DNA from: an uncultured Acidobacteriota bacterium
GTDB taxonomy: Bacteria; Acidobacteriota; JAQAZP01
Direction of reading: 5' to 3'
Assembly: GCA_963836075.1 (NCBI GenBank)
Contig: CAWIIB010000009.1
Span: forward strand, 2,752,001 to 2,816,000
DNA length: 64,000 nucleotides
Shown: one piece after another, positions 37,752-46,947 of the stretch
How positions within the stretch are numbered: the first letter of the stretch is position 1
Layout of the letters: the number at the start of each line of letters is the position of its first letter
Program-made: the position numbers and the translations under genes
The notes under the pieces: model-generated
What the model was told of the DNA's origin: nothing
Seen by the model: only the letters and a program-made list of their open reading frames with translations
Databases searched by the model: none

Positions 37752-38948
37752 ATGGGACTGCGCATCTCTCCGCACCTGCTGGCCACCGACCTGCCGGCGC
37801 TCACCGGGCTGATGGCCCGGGCCCGCCAGCTGGCCGCCGAAGGTGAGCTGATCAACCTGGCCCAGGCGGTGGTGGATTTCCCCCCGCCGGAGGAGTTCAT
37901 CGAGGAGGTGCGGCAGGCCGCCGGTGACCCGGCGGTGCACCGCTACACCCCCGACCCGGGGCTGCCGGCCCTGCGCGAGATGCTGGCCCGTTACACCGAT
38001 GAACGGTTCGGACTGCCTGTCGACCCCCGGGACGGCCTGCTGGTCACTCCGGGTGCCAACCAGGCCTGCTTCAGCGCCCTGGCTGCCCTGCTTGAGCCGG
38101 GGGACGAGGTGGTCATTCCCACGCCCTGGTATTTCAACCACGCCATGACCGTGCAGATGTTCGGCGGTGTGGTGAAGCCGGTGCCCACCGCGCCGGAGAA
38201 CGGCCACCTGCCCGATCTTCAACAGGTGGCCCGAGCCCTGTCGGAGCGCACCAAGGCGCTGGTGCTGGTCAACCCCAACAACCCCACCGGAAGCCGCTAC
38301 CCCGACCACTGGATCGGTGAGCTGGCCGGTCTGCTGGCCGGCCGCCGCATCTGGGTGGTGGCCGACCAGACCTACCAGGAGATGGTTTACGAGGGCCGGC
38401 CCCCGCTCTCCATCGGGTCGCTTCCCGGCATGGACGGGTGGACCGCCACCGCCGGAAGTTTTTCCAAATCCCTCTCCCTGGCCGGGTGGCGTATCGGCTT
38501 TCTGGCCGGTCCGCCGGCCCTGCTGGAACAGGTGCTGAAGATTCACGACAGCTCGGTGATCAGCGCCGCCCACGTGACCCAGCGGGGCCTGATGGCGGCG
38601 CTGCCGGTGATCGACCGCCACCTGGCCCGGGTGATGCCGCGGCTCCTCGGCCGGCGGGACACCCTGCTGGCATCGTTGGCCAATTTCCCGGCGCTGCGCG
38701 TGTCCCGGCCCGGCGGGTCGCCTTTCGTGCTGCTGCACCTGCCGCCGGGGACGGACGACCGGGACTTCTCTTCGCGGCTGCTGGAGGATCACCGGGTGGC
38801 CGCGGTTCCGGCCGGCGGCATGGGCCCGGGGGGCCGGGGGGCCCTGCGGCTCTCCTTTGCGGCCACCGGCCGGGCCGAACTGGCCGAGGCCGGACACCGG
38901 ATCGGCCGCCTGGCCGCCGCCCTGGCGGAACACGGAGGGCCCCCCTGA
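37752..38948 (+). CDS. PLP-dependent aminotransferase class I/II
   Basis: YTPDPGLPALRE, VTPGANQA, NPNNPTG, DQTY, SFSKSLSLAGWRIG. Confidence 0.92.
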   Translation: MGLRISPHLLATDLPALTGLMARARQLAAEGELINLAQAVVDFPPPEEFIEEVRQAAGDPAVHRYTPDPGLPALREMLARYTDERFGLPVDPRDGLLVTPGANQACFSALAALLEPGDEVVIPTPWYFNHAMTVQMFGGVVKPVPTAPENGHLPDLQQVARALSERTKALVLVNPNNPTGSRYPDHWIGELAGLLAGRRIWVVADQTYQEMVYEGRPPLSIGSLPGMDGWTATAGSFSKSLSLAGWRIGFLAGPPALLEQVLKIHDSSVISAAHVTQRGLMAALPVIDRHLARVMPRLLGRRDTLLASLANFPALRVSRPGGSPFVLLHLPPGTDDRDFSSRLLEDHRVAAVPAGGMGPGGRGALRLSFAATGRAELAEAGHRIGRLAAALAEHGGPP

Positions 38949-40732
38949 TGAACGGTGTCCCGCAGCGGCGCCCCAACTCTCTGCTCACCGCGTCCCTCCT
39001 CGCCCTGCTGATACTTTTGTCGCTGTTCCTCCGTCTCGGCCTGGTCCACCTGCCCTCCCTCGATTTCCGCCCCGCTCCCGATGCCGCCGAGTATGCCGCC
39101 GCCGGCCTCTCGCTGGCCGAGGGGCGCGGGCTCACCCTGACCATGGGCGGCGGGGTCTACCCCTCCCGCTACCCCGGCGGCTACCCCATGCTGCTGGCCC
39201 TGTTCCACCTCCTGGGCCTGCCGGTGGAGCGGTTCTTTCTCGGCAGCATCCTCCTCGGGCTGGCGGCGATCCCGCTGGTCTACCTGCTGGCCCGCCGGGT
39301 GGGCAGCGGGCGCGACGCGGCCCTGATCGCCGCGGCGGTGACCGCCTTCTCGCCGGTGCTGCTCTTCTGCTCCATCCGGGTGCTCACCGAAAACGTCTCG
39401 CTGATCGCCATCCTCGCCGCCTTCCTCCTGTCCCTCCCTCGCGGTTCCGTGTCCCGCCGCCGGGCCGCGTTCTTCACCCTGCTGGCCGGTGCGGCCGCGG
39501 GATACGCGGTGATCGTCCGGCTGGCCAGTGTGGTGTCGGTGCCGGTGATTCTTGCCATGGTGCTCTGGATGGCCTGGCGCGCGGGACAGCGGTCGGGGCG
39601 GCTGGCCGGGACCGGGCTGCTCTTCGGTCTGGGCGTGTTCAGCGGCCTGCTGCCGCAACTGCTGTCCAACCGGATCAATTTCGGAAACCCACTGGCCACC
39701 GGGTACGGCTACTGGAATCAGGCGTACCAGGACCCGCTGCAGATGTTCGAAGCGGCGCACGTGGTTCACCCCTGGAACCCGCTCTACGGCAATCTCTGGT
39801 ACTACCTCCAGCACCTGGCCGCCATGACCTTCGAGGCCAACTTCCTCCGGCTCTACTCCCTGGCCGCGGTGATCCTGGCCGCGGTGGGCCTCTTTGCGCT
39901 GCTGCGCCACGGCCGCCGGCGGTCGGTGCACCTCTTCGGGCTGCTGCACTGCCTGGCCACCCTGACCCTGCTGCTCTTCTACTTCGGCCAGTCCACCAGG
40001 CTGCTGGCCGCGGTGGTCCCCTGGGTCGCCATCTGGGCCGGCCAGGGGTTTGCCGCCCTGTGGCACCGGCCCCCCACGGCGCCGCACCGGCGCAGCTGCC
40101 GTGCGGCCGGTCTGCTGCTGGCCCTGGCCGCCGTGGCCCCCCTGCTGCTCTGGAGCGTCTCCCGCACCGCGCCCTTTGCCGGGGACCGGCCGCCGGTGCG
40201 CACCGCCGCTTCCATCACCCTGGAGCGCACCCCGCCCGGCTCGCTGATCCTGAGCAACCTCTCGCCGGTCTACACCGGCATGCTCATCGACTACCGGGGG
40301 GGCCGCGAACTGGTGCAGCTCTCCCGGGATGACGGGGCCTACGTCGGCTACCTGCTCAACGCCACCTATGACGGGGTGGGGCCGCCGCTGCCCCAGGCCC
40401 GTTTCATGCCGCCCCTGCCGGGGCGCGAGCCGTTCCAGCCCCTGGTACTCGGGGCGGACGAACTGGACCCCTGGCGGCTGAAGCAGGTGGCCCGCGCCCT
40501 GGCCGGCCGCCGTCCGGTGTATGTGCTGCTGAACAGTGAGGACCCGCCGTACAGTGACGGCTGGCTGGCGGTGCAGCGGTTCCTGGTGCTGCGGGAGACG
40601 GAGCGGGTCCAGGGCTTCCAGCTGCTGCGGGTGGAGGGCCTCCGGGAGGATGCCGGCCGGTCCCTGGGCCGCACTCCCCTGGATGTCAGGACGGGGCGCA
40701 AGGACCGGGCGTCCGGGAAAGGGAAGGTTTGA
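38948..40732 (+). CDS. GT-C fold (ArnT/GT39-like) membrane glycosyltransferase
   Basis: PDAAEY acidic loop after TM1, YPGGYPMLL, about 11 TM segments, soluble C-terminus; TGATG coupling at 38946-38950. Confidence 0.7.
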   Translation: MNGVPQRRPNSLLTASLLALLILLSLFLRLGLVHLPSLDFRPAPDAAEYAAAGLSLAEGRGLTLTMGGGVYPSRYPGGYPMLLALFHLLGLPVERFFLGSILLGLAAIPLVYLLARRVGSGRDAALIAAAVTAFSPVLLFCSIRVLTENVSLIAILAAFLLSLPRGSVSRRRAAFFTLLAGAAAGYAVIVRLASVVSVPVILAMVLWMAWRAGQRSGRLAGTGLLFGLGVFSGLLPQLLSNRINFGNPLATGYGYWNQAYQDPLQMFEAAHVVHPWNPLYGNLWYYLQHLAAMTFEANFLRLYSLAAVILAAVGLFALLRHGRRRSVHLFGLLHCLATLTLLLFYFGQSTRLLAAVVPWVAIWAGQGFAALWHRPPTAPHRRSCRAAGLLLALAAVAPLLLWSVSRTAPFAGDRPPVRTAASITLERTPPGSLILSNLSPVYTGMLIDYRGGRELVQLSRDDGAYVGYLLNATYDGVGPPLPQARFMPPLPGREPFQPLVLGADELDPWRLKQVARALAGRRPVYVLLNSEDPPYSDGWLAVQRFLVLRETERVQGFQLLRVEGLREDAGRSLGRTPLDVRTGRKDRASGKGKV

Positions 40733-41538
40733 TGGAGAACCACCGGCTGGCGCATTCCGCGGTCCCGCTGCCGCCGTTCCAGGGCTCGAGGGTGGTGGAG
40801 CCGGACCTTGACCTGCTGCTTCCCTGGCTCAACCGCCCGGCGCTCTTTCGCGGCCGCTGGGGCTACCCGGTGCGGGAGCCGGCGGGCGGCGCCGCGCCGG
40901 TGACCGCCGCCCGACCGGCCGAAGCGGTGCTGGCCGGAATCCTGGACCGCTGCCGCCGGGAGCGTCTGGTGCAGCCGCGGGTGGTCTATGGCTACTTCCC
41001 CTGTGCCGCGGAGGGGGATGACCTGCTGGTCCAGGCGCCGGGCGGAGCGGAGCGCTTCCGCTTCCGCCGCCAGCCCGCCGCACCGCACCGCTGTCTGGCC
41101 GATTTCTTCCGCCCGGCCGCTGACGGCGGCGACCTGCTGCCGCTGCAGCTGGTCAGCGCCGGGCCCGGCGTGGCCCGGGCGCTGGAACGGGCCGGCCGGG
41201 AGGACCGCTACCTGGAGATGCTGCAGCTGCACGGCTTCGCCTCCGCCCTGGCCGAGGCGCTGGCCGAATGGCTGCACCACCGGATCCGCGGCGAACTGGG
41301 CCTGGCCGGTGACGAGACCGGCGACCCGGCCGACGCGTTTCGCCACCGCTACCGTGGGCGGCGCTTCAGCTTCGGCTACCCGGCCTGCCCCAATCTCGAG
41401 GACCAGGCGCTGCTCTTCCGGCTGCTGCAGCCGGAACGGATCGGAGTGACCCTGAGCAGCCGTTTCCAGATGGTGCCCGAACACAGCACCTCGGCCCTGG
41501 TGGTCCTTCACCCGGAGGCCCGCCATTTTGCGGTCTGA
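40732..41538 (+). CDS. Stand-alone cobalamin-dependent methionine synthase reactivation (AdoMet-binding) domain
   Basis: VYGYFPC, CLADFF, LAEALAEWLH, GRRFSFGYPACPNLEDQ, PEHSTSALVVLHPEARHF. Confidence 0.9.
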   Translation: MENHRLAHSAVPLPPFQGSRVVEPDLDLLLPWLNRPALFRGRWGYPVREPAGGAAPVTAARPAEAVLAGILDRCRRERLVQPRVVYGYFPCAAEGDDLLVQAPGGAERFRFRRQPAAPHRCLADFFRPAADGGDLLPLQLVSAGPGVARALERAGREDRYLEMLQLHGFASALAEALAEWLHHRIRGELGLAGDETGDPADAFRHRYRGRRFSFGYPACPNLEDQALLFRLLQPERIGVTLSSRFQMVPEHSTSALVVLHPEARHFAV

Positions 41539-41621
41539 GCAGCATCCTCTATAATCTCCGGAGTCACTTTCAGGCCATTGGCTGGCTTCCTGATACATAC
41601 CGCAATGGGGGAGAACACTGG

Positions 41622-43196
41622 ATGGGGCAGACCGCCGCTGGATTCAACTGGTCATCCCTCGAGGTGACCCTGGCCGGATACAACGGAGACGTGGAAGTTT
41701 TACGCGGCGGTGACGGTGAGTTCACCCCGGAATCGATCTCCGCGGCCTATGCCCGGATCAGCCGCTCCTCCGACCCGGTGGGCCAGCTGCGCCGCCAGGC
41801 GCGGGAAGAGGTCACCAAGTCTCGAAAATCGAACCGCGCCATCGTCTTCGGCCTGGGGCACCACTCGGTGGCCGAGCATGCCGTTTTCAACTTCGATATC
41901 CTCGGCCTCTCGCGGCTGGCCATCGAGGCCCTGGAGTGGCACCGGCTCTGCTCCTTCACTGAAAAGTCCCAGCGCTACATCACCCTCGATGGCGACACCG
42001 TTCTGCCGGCGGAACTGAACCAGGTGGAAGGCGATCGTTATGCCGACCTGATCGCCGAACAGAACCGGGTTTATTTCGATCTCCTGCCGGTGTTGCTGGA
42101 GCGGCAGACGGCGATCAACCAGGAGATGGCGAAGAGCAAAAGGGGACGGACGGTGATCGAGGGCCTGGCCAAGGAGGACGCCCGCTACGCCGTCTCCCTG
42201 GCCACTGCCGGCCAGCTGGGGTTCACCTGCAACGCCCGCAACCTGGAGCTGATCATCCGGCGGATGCGCCACGCCCCGCTGGACGAGGTCCGCCGTCTGG
42301 GTCAGGCGCTGTTCGAACAGGCCCGCGGCGTGGCGCCCTCGCTGATCATCATGGCCGACGAGGAGGCCTTTGCCCAGGCCTACGGCGCCACGCTGAAGGA
42401 CGAGTATTTCAACCGGGGCCGGGCCGACCTCTGCCGGGCCGTCTCCGGGGTCCATCTCGAGGATCAAAGCGGGCCGTCCGCGGAAAGTGAAGGGCGCGCC
42501 GGCGGGGTGACCCTGGCCCGCTGCACCGAAGATGCCGACACCGCAGTCCTCACCGGCCTGCTCTTCTCCGCCGGCCGGGGGCCGCTGGCCGCCTGCCGCA
42601 GTGCGGTGGAACAGCTGGGATTCGCGGAGCGGCGGACCCTCTTCCTGGAATCTCTCTCTCACCTTTCGGAATACGACAGCCCGCCCAGGGCCTTCGAGGA
42701 GGCGCTGTTCCACTTCGAACTTATTCTCGACGCCAGCGCCATGGCCCAGCTGAAGCGGCACCGCATGTCCACCCAGCTCTGGGGGCCCTACGACCCGGAC
42801 CTGGGCGTCACCGTCCCGCCCGAGGTGGAAGCCGTGGGACGTAAGGATCAGCTCCTCGATCTGGCCGGGAAGGCGGTCGAGGGTTGGGCCGTACTCCGAC
42901 GCTCCCTTGATGCCCGCGGCCAGCCGCCGGAGGCCGCCGACTACGTGCTGACCAACGCCCACCGCCGGCGGGTGTCGATGACCATGAACCTGCGCGAAAT
43001 CTATCACTTCTCCCGGCTGCGGGAGGACATCCACGCCCAGTGGGCCATCCGTGACCTGGCGGAAAGGGTGTCGGGGCTGGTGCGCCGGGCGGCGCCGGTC
43101 ACCGCCGGCCTGCTGGGGGGCAAGAGCGACTATGCCAGGCTGTTCAAAGAAAACATGGGAAACAGGGGAGCAACCGATCCCGGGTTCACCACCTGA
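41622..43196 (+). CDS. thyX: FAD-dependent thymidylate synthase, long tandem-domain form
   Basis: YARISRS, GHHSVAEH, HRLCSFTEKSQRY, EDARY, NARNLE; second copy QLKRHRMST, MNLREIYHF, HAQWAIR. Confidence 0.88.
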   Translation: MGQTAAGFNWSSLEVTLAGYNGDVEVLRGGDGEFTPESISAAYARISRSSDPVGQLRRQAREEVTKSRKSNRAIVFGLGHHSVAEHAVFNFDILGLSRLAIEALEWHRLCSFTEKSQRYITLDGDTVLPAELNQVEGDRYADLIAEQNRVYFDLLPVLLERQTAINQEMAKSKRGRTVIEGLAKEDARYAVSLATAGQLGFTCNARNLELIIRRMRHAPLDEVRRLGQALFEQARGVAPSLIIMADEEAFAQAYGATLKDEYFNRGRADLCRAVSGVHLEDQSGPSAESEGRAGGVTLARCTEDADTAVLTGLLFSAGRGPLAACRSAVEQLGFAERRTLFLESLSHLSEYDSPPRAFEEALFHFELILDASAMAQLKRHRMSTQLWGPYDPDLGVTVPPEVEAVGRKDQLLDLAGKAVEGWAVLRRSLDARGQPPEAADYVLTNAHRRRVSMTMNLREIYHFSRLREDIHAQWAIRDLAERVSGLVRRAAPVTAGLLGGKSDYARLFKENMGNRGATDPGFTT

Positions 43197-43240
43197 CGAG
43201 GCCCGGATCCTTGTCGGCGACGGGCAGCCCTTCGGAAACG

Positions 43241-43295
43241 GAAATGGTATAAAAATGTAATAGAAACTGTTTAAAAATGGTATGGAAATGGTACG
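43241..43295 (+). promoter_or_regulatory. Five tandem 11-bp direct repeats upstream of ETF-QO, putative regulator binding array
   Basis: GAAATGGTATA AAAATGTAATA GAAACTGTTTA AAAATGGTATG GAAATGGTACG. Confidence 0.65.
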
Positions 43296-43320
43296 AATAT
43301 TATATTAACGGAGCGGAATC

Positions 43321-44997
43321 ATGGAAGACACCAAATCGCCTCTCACGTCGTTCATCCCGGCTGACTACCAGCCGGATTTTGCCCAGGACAAGCTGATCCT
43401 CAAGGAGGCGCCCGGTGAAGAGGCCGTCCCCCTGGACGTGGTCTTTGTGGGCGGCGGCCCCGCCGGCCTGGCCGGGGCCATCGAGCTGGCCAACCTGGCC
43501 AAAAAGGACGCTGACGAAGGCGGCGGGCTGGGCGAGCTGGAGATTGGTGTGCTGGAGAAGGCCGAGAACCTGGGCGAGCACTGCATGTCCGGGGCGGTGA
43601 TCAACCCGGCGGCGTTCCGCGCCCTGTTCCCCGATCTCGGCGACGGCGACTTCCCCTTCCGCACCCCGGTGACCGGCGAGGCGCTCTACCTGCTCCGGGA
43701 AAACGGGCAGATCAAACTGCCCACCCCGCCCACCATGAACAACCATGGCAACTACGTCGCCTCGGTCTGCGAGATGGTCCGCTGGCTGGGCAAGCAGGCC
43801 GAGGGGCTGGGGGTCAACCTCTTCACCGGTTTCCCCGCCGATGCCCTGCTGGCCGAAGGCCAGGCGGTCACCGGTCTGCGCACCACCCCGGCCGGCCTCA
43901 AGCGGGACGGCACGCCGGGCAGCACCCACATGCCGGCCATGGACATCTCCTCGCGGATCACCGTGCTCACCGAGGGGACCCGGGGGACCCTGGCCGGGGC
44001 CTGGCGCCGCTGGCAGAACGTGGGCTCGAAAAACCCCCAGATCTACGCCCTGGGCGTCAAGGAGGTTTGGGAGGTCAAGAAGCCGCTGGAGAAGGTGATC
44101 CACACCATGGGCTGGCCGCTGCCCAAAGACGCTTTCGGCGGCAGCTGGTTCTACCCCATGGCCGACGACCTGGTCTCCATCGGCCTGGTGGTGGGTCTGG
44201 ACTACCGCCGGCACGCCCTGGACGTCCACGTGCTGCTGCAGCAACTGAAGGGCCACCCGCTGATCCGGCCCTACCTGGAAGGCGGGGAGATGCTGGAGTG
44301 GGGGGCCAAGACCATTCCCGAGGGCGGTTTCTACGCCCTGCCCGACCGGCTGCACGGCGACGGCCTGCTGCTGGCCGGGGACGCCGCCGGCTTTGTGGAC
44401 GTGCCGTCGCTGAAAGGCGTCCACTACGCCATGATGTCGGGCATCCTCGCCGCCCGGGCGGCTTTCCAGGCGCTGAAGGCCGACGACGTGACCGCCGCCG
44501 GGCTTTCATCCTATGACGAAGGGGTGGCCGGCAGCTGTATCCGGAAGGATCTTTACAAGACCCGCAACATGCGGCCGGCCTTCAAGTCCGGCTTCTACGC
44601 CGGGGGGATAAAGGCCGGCCTGATGATGCTCACCGGCGGGGCCTTCCCCGGCGGCCGGATTCCGGTGGAACCGGACGAGAAGGAGCCGCGCACCGTGGGT
44701 CCCCTGACGAAGTTCACCCCGGACAACACGCTGACCATCAGCAAGATCGACGCGGTCTACAAGTCGGGGAACAAGACCCGGGATGACATCCCCTCACATC
44801 TCGAGGCCCTAGAGGATGTGCCGGCCGAGGTGGCCCAGTTCTATGCCGCCATGTGCCCGGCCGGCGTATTCGAGTGCGAGGACGGCAAGCTGGTGGTCAA
44901 CCCGCCCAACTGTGTCGACTGCAAGACCACCGACATCCTCGGCCCGCGCTGGCGGCCGCGGGAGGGCGGCGCCGGCACCAAGTACAAGCAGATGTGA
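43321..44997 (+). CDS. Electron transfer flavoprotein:quinone oxidoreductase
   Basis: VGGGPAGL FAD motif, VLEK, SGAV, YALGVKEVW, HTMGWPL, GAKTIPEGG, KGVHYAMMSG, C-terminal CPAGVFE...NCVDCKT. Confidence 0.93.
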   Translation: MEDTKSPLTSFIPADYQPDFAQDKLILKEAPGEEAVPLDVVFVGGGPAGLAGAIELANLAKKDADEGGGLGELEIGVLEKAENLGEHCMSGAVINPAAFRALFPDLGDGDFPFRTPVTGEALYLLRENGQIKLPTPPTMNNHGNYVASVCEMVRWLGKQAEGLGVNLFTGFPADALLAEGQAVTGLRTTPAGLKRDGTPGSTHMPAMDISSRITVLTEGTRGTLAGAWRRWQNVGSKNPQIYALGVKEVWEVKKPLEKVIHTMGWPLPKDAFGGSWFYPMADDLVSIGLVVGLDYRRHALDVHVLLQQLKGHPLIRPYLEGGEMLEWGAKTIPEGGFYALPDRLHGDGLLLAGDAAGFVDVPSLKGVHYAMMSGILAARAAFQALKADDVTAAGLSSYDEGVAGSCIRKDLYKTRNMRPAFKSGFYAGGIKAGLMMLTGGAFPGGRIPVEPDEKEPRTVGPLTKFTPDNTLTISKIDAVYKSGNKTRDDIPSHLEALEDVPAEVAQFYAAMCPAGVFECEDGKLVVNPPNCVDCKTTDILGPRWRPREGGAGTKYKQM

Positions 44998-45004
44998 GCG
45001 GCTG

Positions 45005-46321
45005 ATGACCATGCACCGGACCCTGGGGGTCGCCGTCATTGCGCTCGTTGCGCTTTTCAGCTCCGTATCGGGCGCACAGGGTGGCGAGCGGTGCCCCCTG
45101 CTGATCACCGTGGACGACCTGCCCGTTGCCGCCGGGGGGCTGCACCCCGACCCGGCCGAGCGCCGATTGATAACCGACGGCCTGCTGGGGGCCCTGGCCC
45201 GGCACCAGGTCCGGGCGGTGGGGCTGGTCACCTGGCGCAATATCAGCCGGGACGGCGACCTGGGGCTGCTGGAGCAGTGGCTGGCCGCCGGTCACGAACT
45301 GGGCAACCATTCCACCAGACACCTCGATTACAACAGCACGGATTCCGCGGACTTTATCGAAGACATGGAGGAGGCCCGGGGACACCTCGCCCCGTTTCTG
45401 GAGCAGCGGGGCAGTGGGCTCCGCTTCTTCCGCTTCCCCATGCTCCGCGAAGGCGACACCGCAGAAAAGCTGGCGGCCATGCGCGCCTATCTCGAGAGCA
45501 CCGGCCAGCGCAACCTGCCGGTGACCATCGATAACAGCGACTACGATTTCTCCCGGCGCTGGGTCGAAGCGGTGCGCGCCCCTGACGCTGCCGCCGGTGA
45601 CCGCATCGTCGAGCAGTACCACGAGGCCCTGCACCTCTCCGTGCTCCATCACCGCAACCAGGGGCGGCGGCTCTTCGGCCGCGACGTGCCGCAGATCCTG
45701 CTGCTCCACGCCAACGCCATCGGCGCCGGCCAGTGGGACCGGCTGTTCAGCTGGCTCGAAGCCGAGGGGTTTCGTTTTGCCGATGCCGACGAAGTGCTGG
45801 CCGATCCCGCCTTCAGCGAGGCGCACGGTTACGTCGGACCGCGAGGGGTGAGCCTCTGGGACCGGCTGGACGACCGGGACCGGCGCGCAAAGGCGCGGCG
45901 GGACGTTGAGCAGCTGATCGCCGGGCAGACAGCGGCCTGGAACCGCGGGGACCTGGAGGCCTTCGCCTCCTGCTACCACGAGGATGCCGTTTTCGTCAGT
46001 TCCACCGGCCTCACCCGCGGCCGGGACGAACTCCTCGCGCGATACCGCCGCCGCTACCCCCACCGGGGGGCCATGGGACGGCTGACCCTGGAGATCCTAG
46101 AAGTTGAGCCGCTGTACGGCATCGAGGTCTCGGTGCTCGGCTGCTCACGGCCGGGTCAGATCCACGGCCTGTCGGTGGCGGCCCGCTGGTCGCTCAGCGG
46201 CATGAGCGGAGCCGGTGAGGACGGCCAGGCGAAGCCGGCCGAGGCTGAGGGGATGACTTTGCTGGTTTTTCGCCGGGATGTTGCCGGGAAGTGGGAAATC
46301 GTCCACGACGCCTCATTCTGA
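45005..46321 (+). CDS. Secreted polysaccharide deacetylase (CE4) fused to an NTF2-like/DUF4440 domain
   Basis: TVDDLP, HELGNHSTRH, FFRFP, ILLLH; C-terminal AWNRGDLEAF...WEIVHDAS. Confidence 0.82.
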   Translation: MTMHRTLGVAVIALVALFSSVSGAQGGERCPLLITVDDLPVAAGGLHPDPAERRLITDGLLGALARHQVRAVGLVTWRNISRDGDLGLLEQWLAAGHELGNHSTRHLDYNSTDSADFIEDMEEARGHLAPFLEQRGSGLRFFRFPMLREGDTAEKLAAMRAYLESTGQRNLPVTIDNSDYDFSRRWVEAVRAPDAAAGDRIVEQYHEALHLSVLHHRNQGRRLFGRDVPQILLLHANAIGAGQWDRLFSWLEAEGFRFADADEVLADPAFSEAHGYVGPRGVSLWDRLDDRDRRAKARRDVEQLIAGQTAAWNRGDLEAFASCYHEDAVFVSSTGLTRGRDELLARYRRRYPHRGAMGRLTLEILEVEPLYGIEVSVLGCSRPGQIHGLSVAARWSLSGMSGAGEDGQAKPAEAEGMTLLVFRRDVAGKWEIVHDASF

Positions 46322-46508
46322 CCTTGGCCGGGCTCCGATAACACCGTCGGCGGCCTCCCTGGGGCGCTACGTCGAAAGAGGAAATTCTTAGGCCGGGCGA
46401 AGTTGATTGATTTTCCGCGCCCATTGCTCTATATAAGGGACTGTTTCCTGAGGGTTGAACCGGAACGATACCGGATGTCATGAATTACTGCTTGGAGGAG
46501 TTCAAGAG

Positions 46509-46700
46509 ATGAAGGTCAAGATCGATCGTGATGAGTGCATCGGTGACGGCGTCTGCGCCGACATCTGTCCCGAAGTGTTCGAGATGGACGACGAGGAAAA
46601 AGCCATTGTGATCGTCGACGAAGTCCCCGAGGATGCGGTTGACGACTGTAACGAAGCGATCGAGAGCTGCCCGGTGACGTGCATCGAGATCGTGGTCTAA
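46509..46700 (+). CDS. Single-cluster ferredoxin (CxxDxxC...CP)
   Basis: MKVKIDRDECIGDGVCADICPEVFEM...AIESCPVTCI; strong RBS GGAGGAG. Confidence 0.95.
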   Translation: MKVKIDRDECIGDGVCADICPEVFEMDDEEKAIVIVDEVPEDAVDDCNEAIESCPVTCIEIVV

Positions 46701-46719
46701 GTGCTGCCCGATATCCAAG

Positions 46720-46777
46720 CGGCCCGGCTTCGCCGGGCCGGACGCTGTGCGCCGGCATCGTGTCGGCGCTTTTTTTT
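46720..46777 (+). terminator. Rho-independent terminator preceded by a second hairpin
   Basis: CGGCCCGGC-TTC-GCCGGGCCG (46720-46740), then GCGCCGGCA-TCG-TGTCGGCGC-TTTTTTTT (46749-46777). Confidence 0.85.
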
Positions 46778-46947
46778 GCCCTCACCGTTCCTGCGGCGGC
46801 GGATCATGACGACGGGGGCCCGGTCATAATCGTCAGCGTGCCGCCCGGTAGCCGCCTGGCCGGCCTCACGGCAATGCTCACATACCGGAAAAGTATGCTA
46901 CGCTTCCCCGTCAATCATCGCCTTGTTCTCGAACCACAGTTGAGACC

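Noticed and set aside
46790-46940. Riboswitch or ncRNA upstream of the MFS gene
   Set aside because: Only a short imperfect inverted repeat (GATCATGAC...GTCATAATC); no recognisable aptamer consensus
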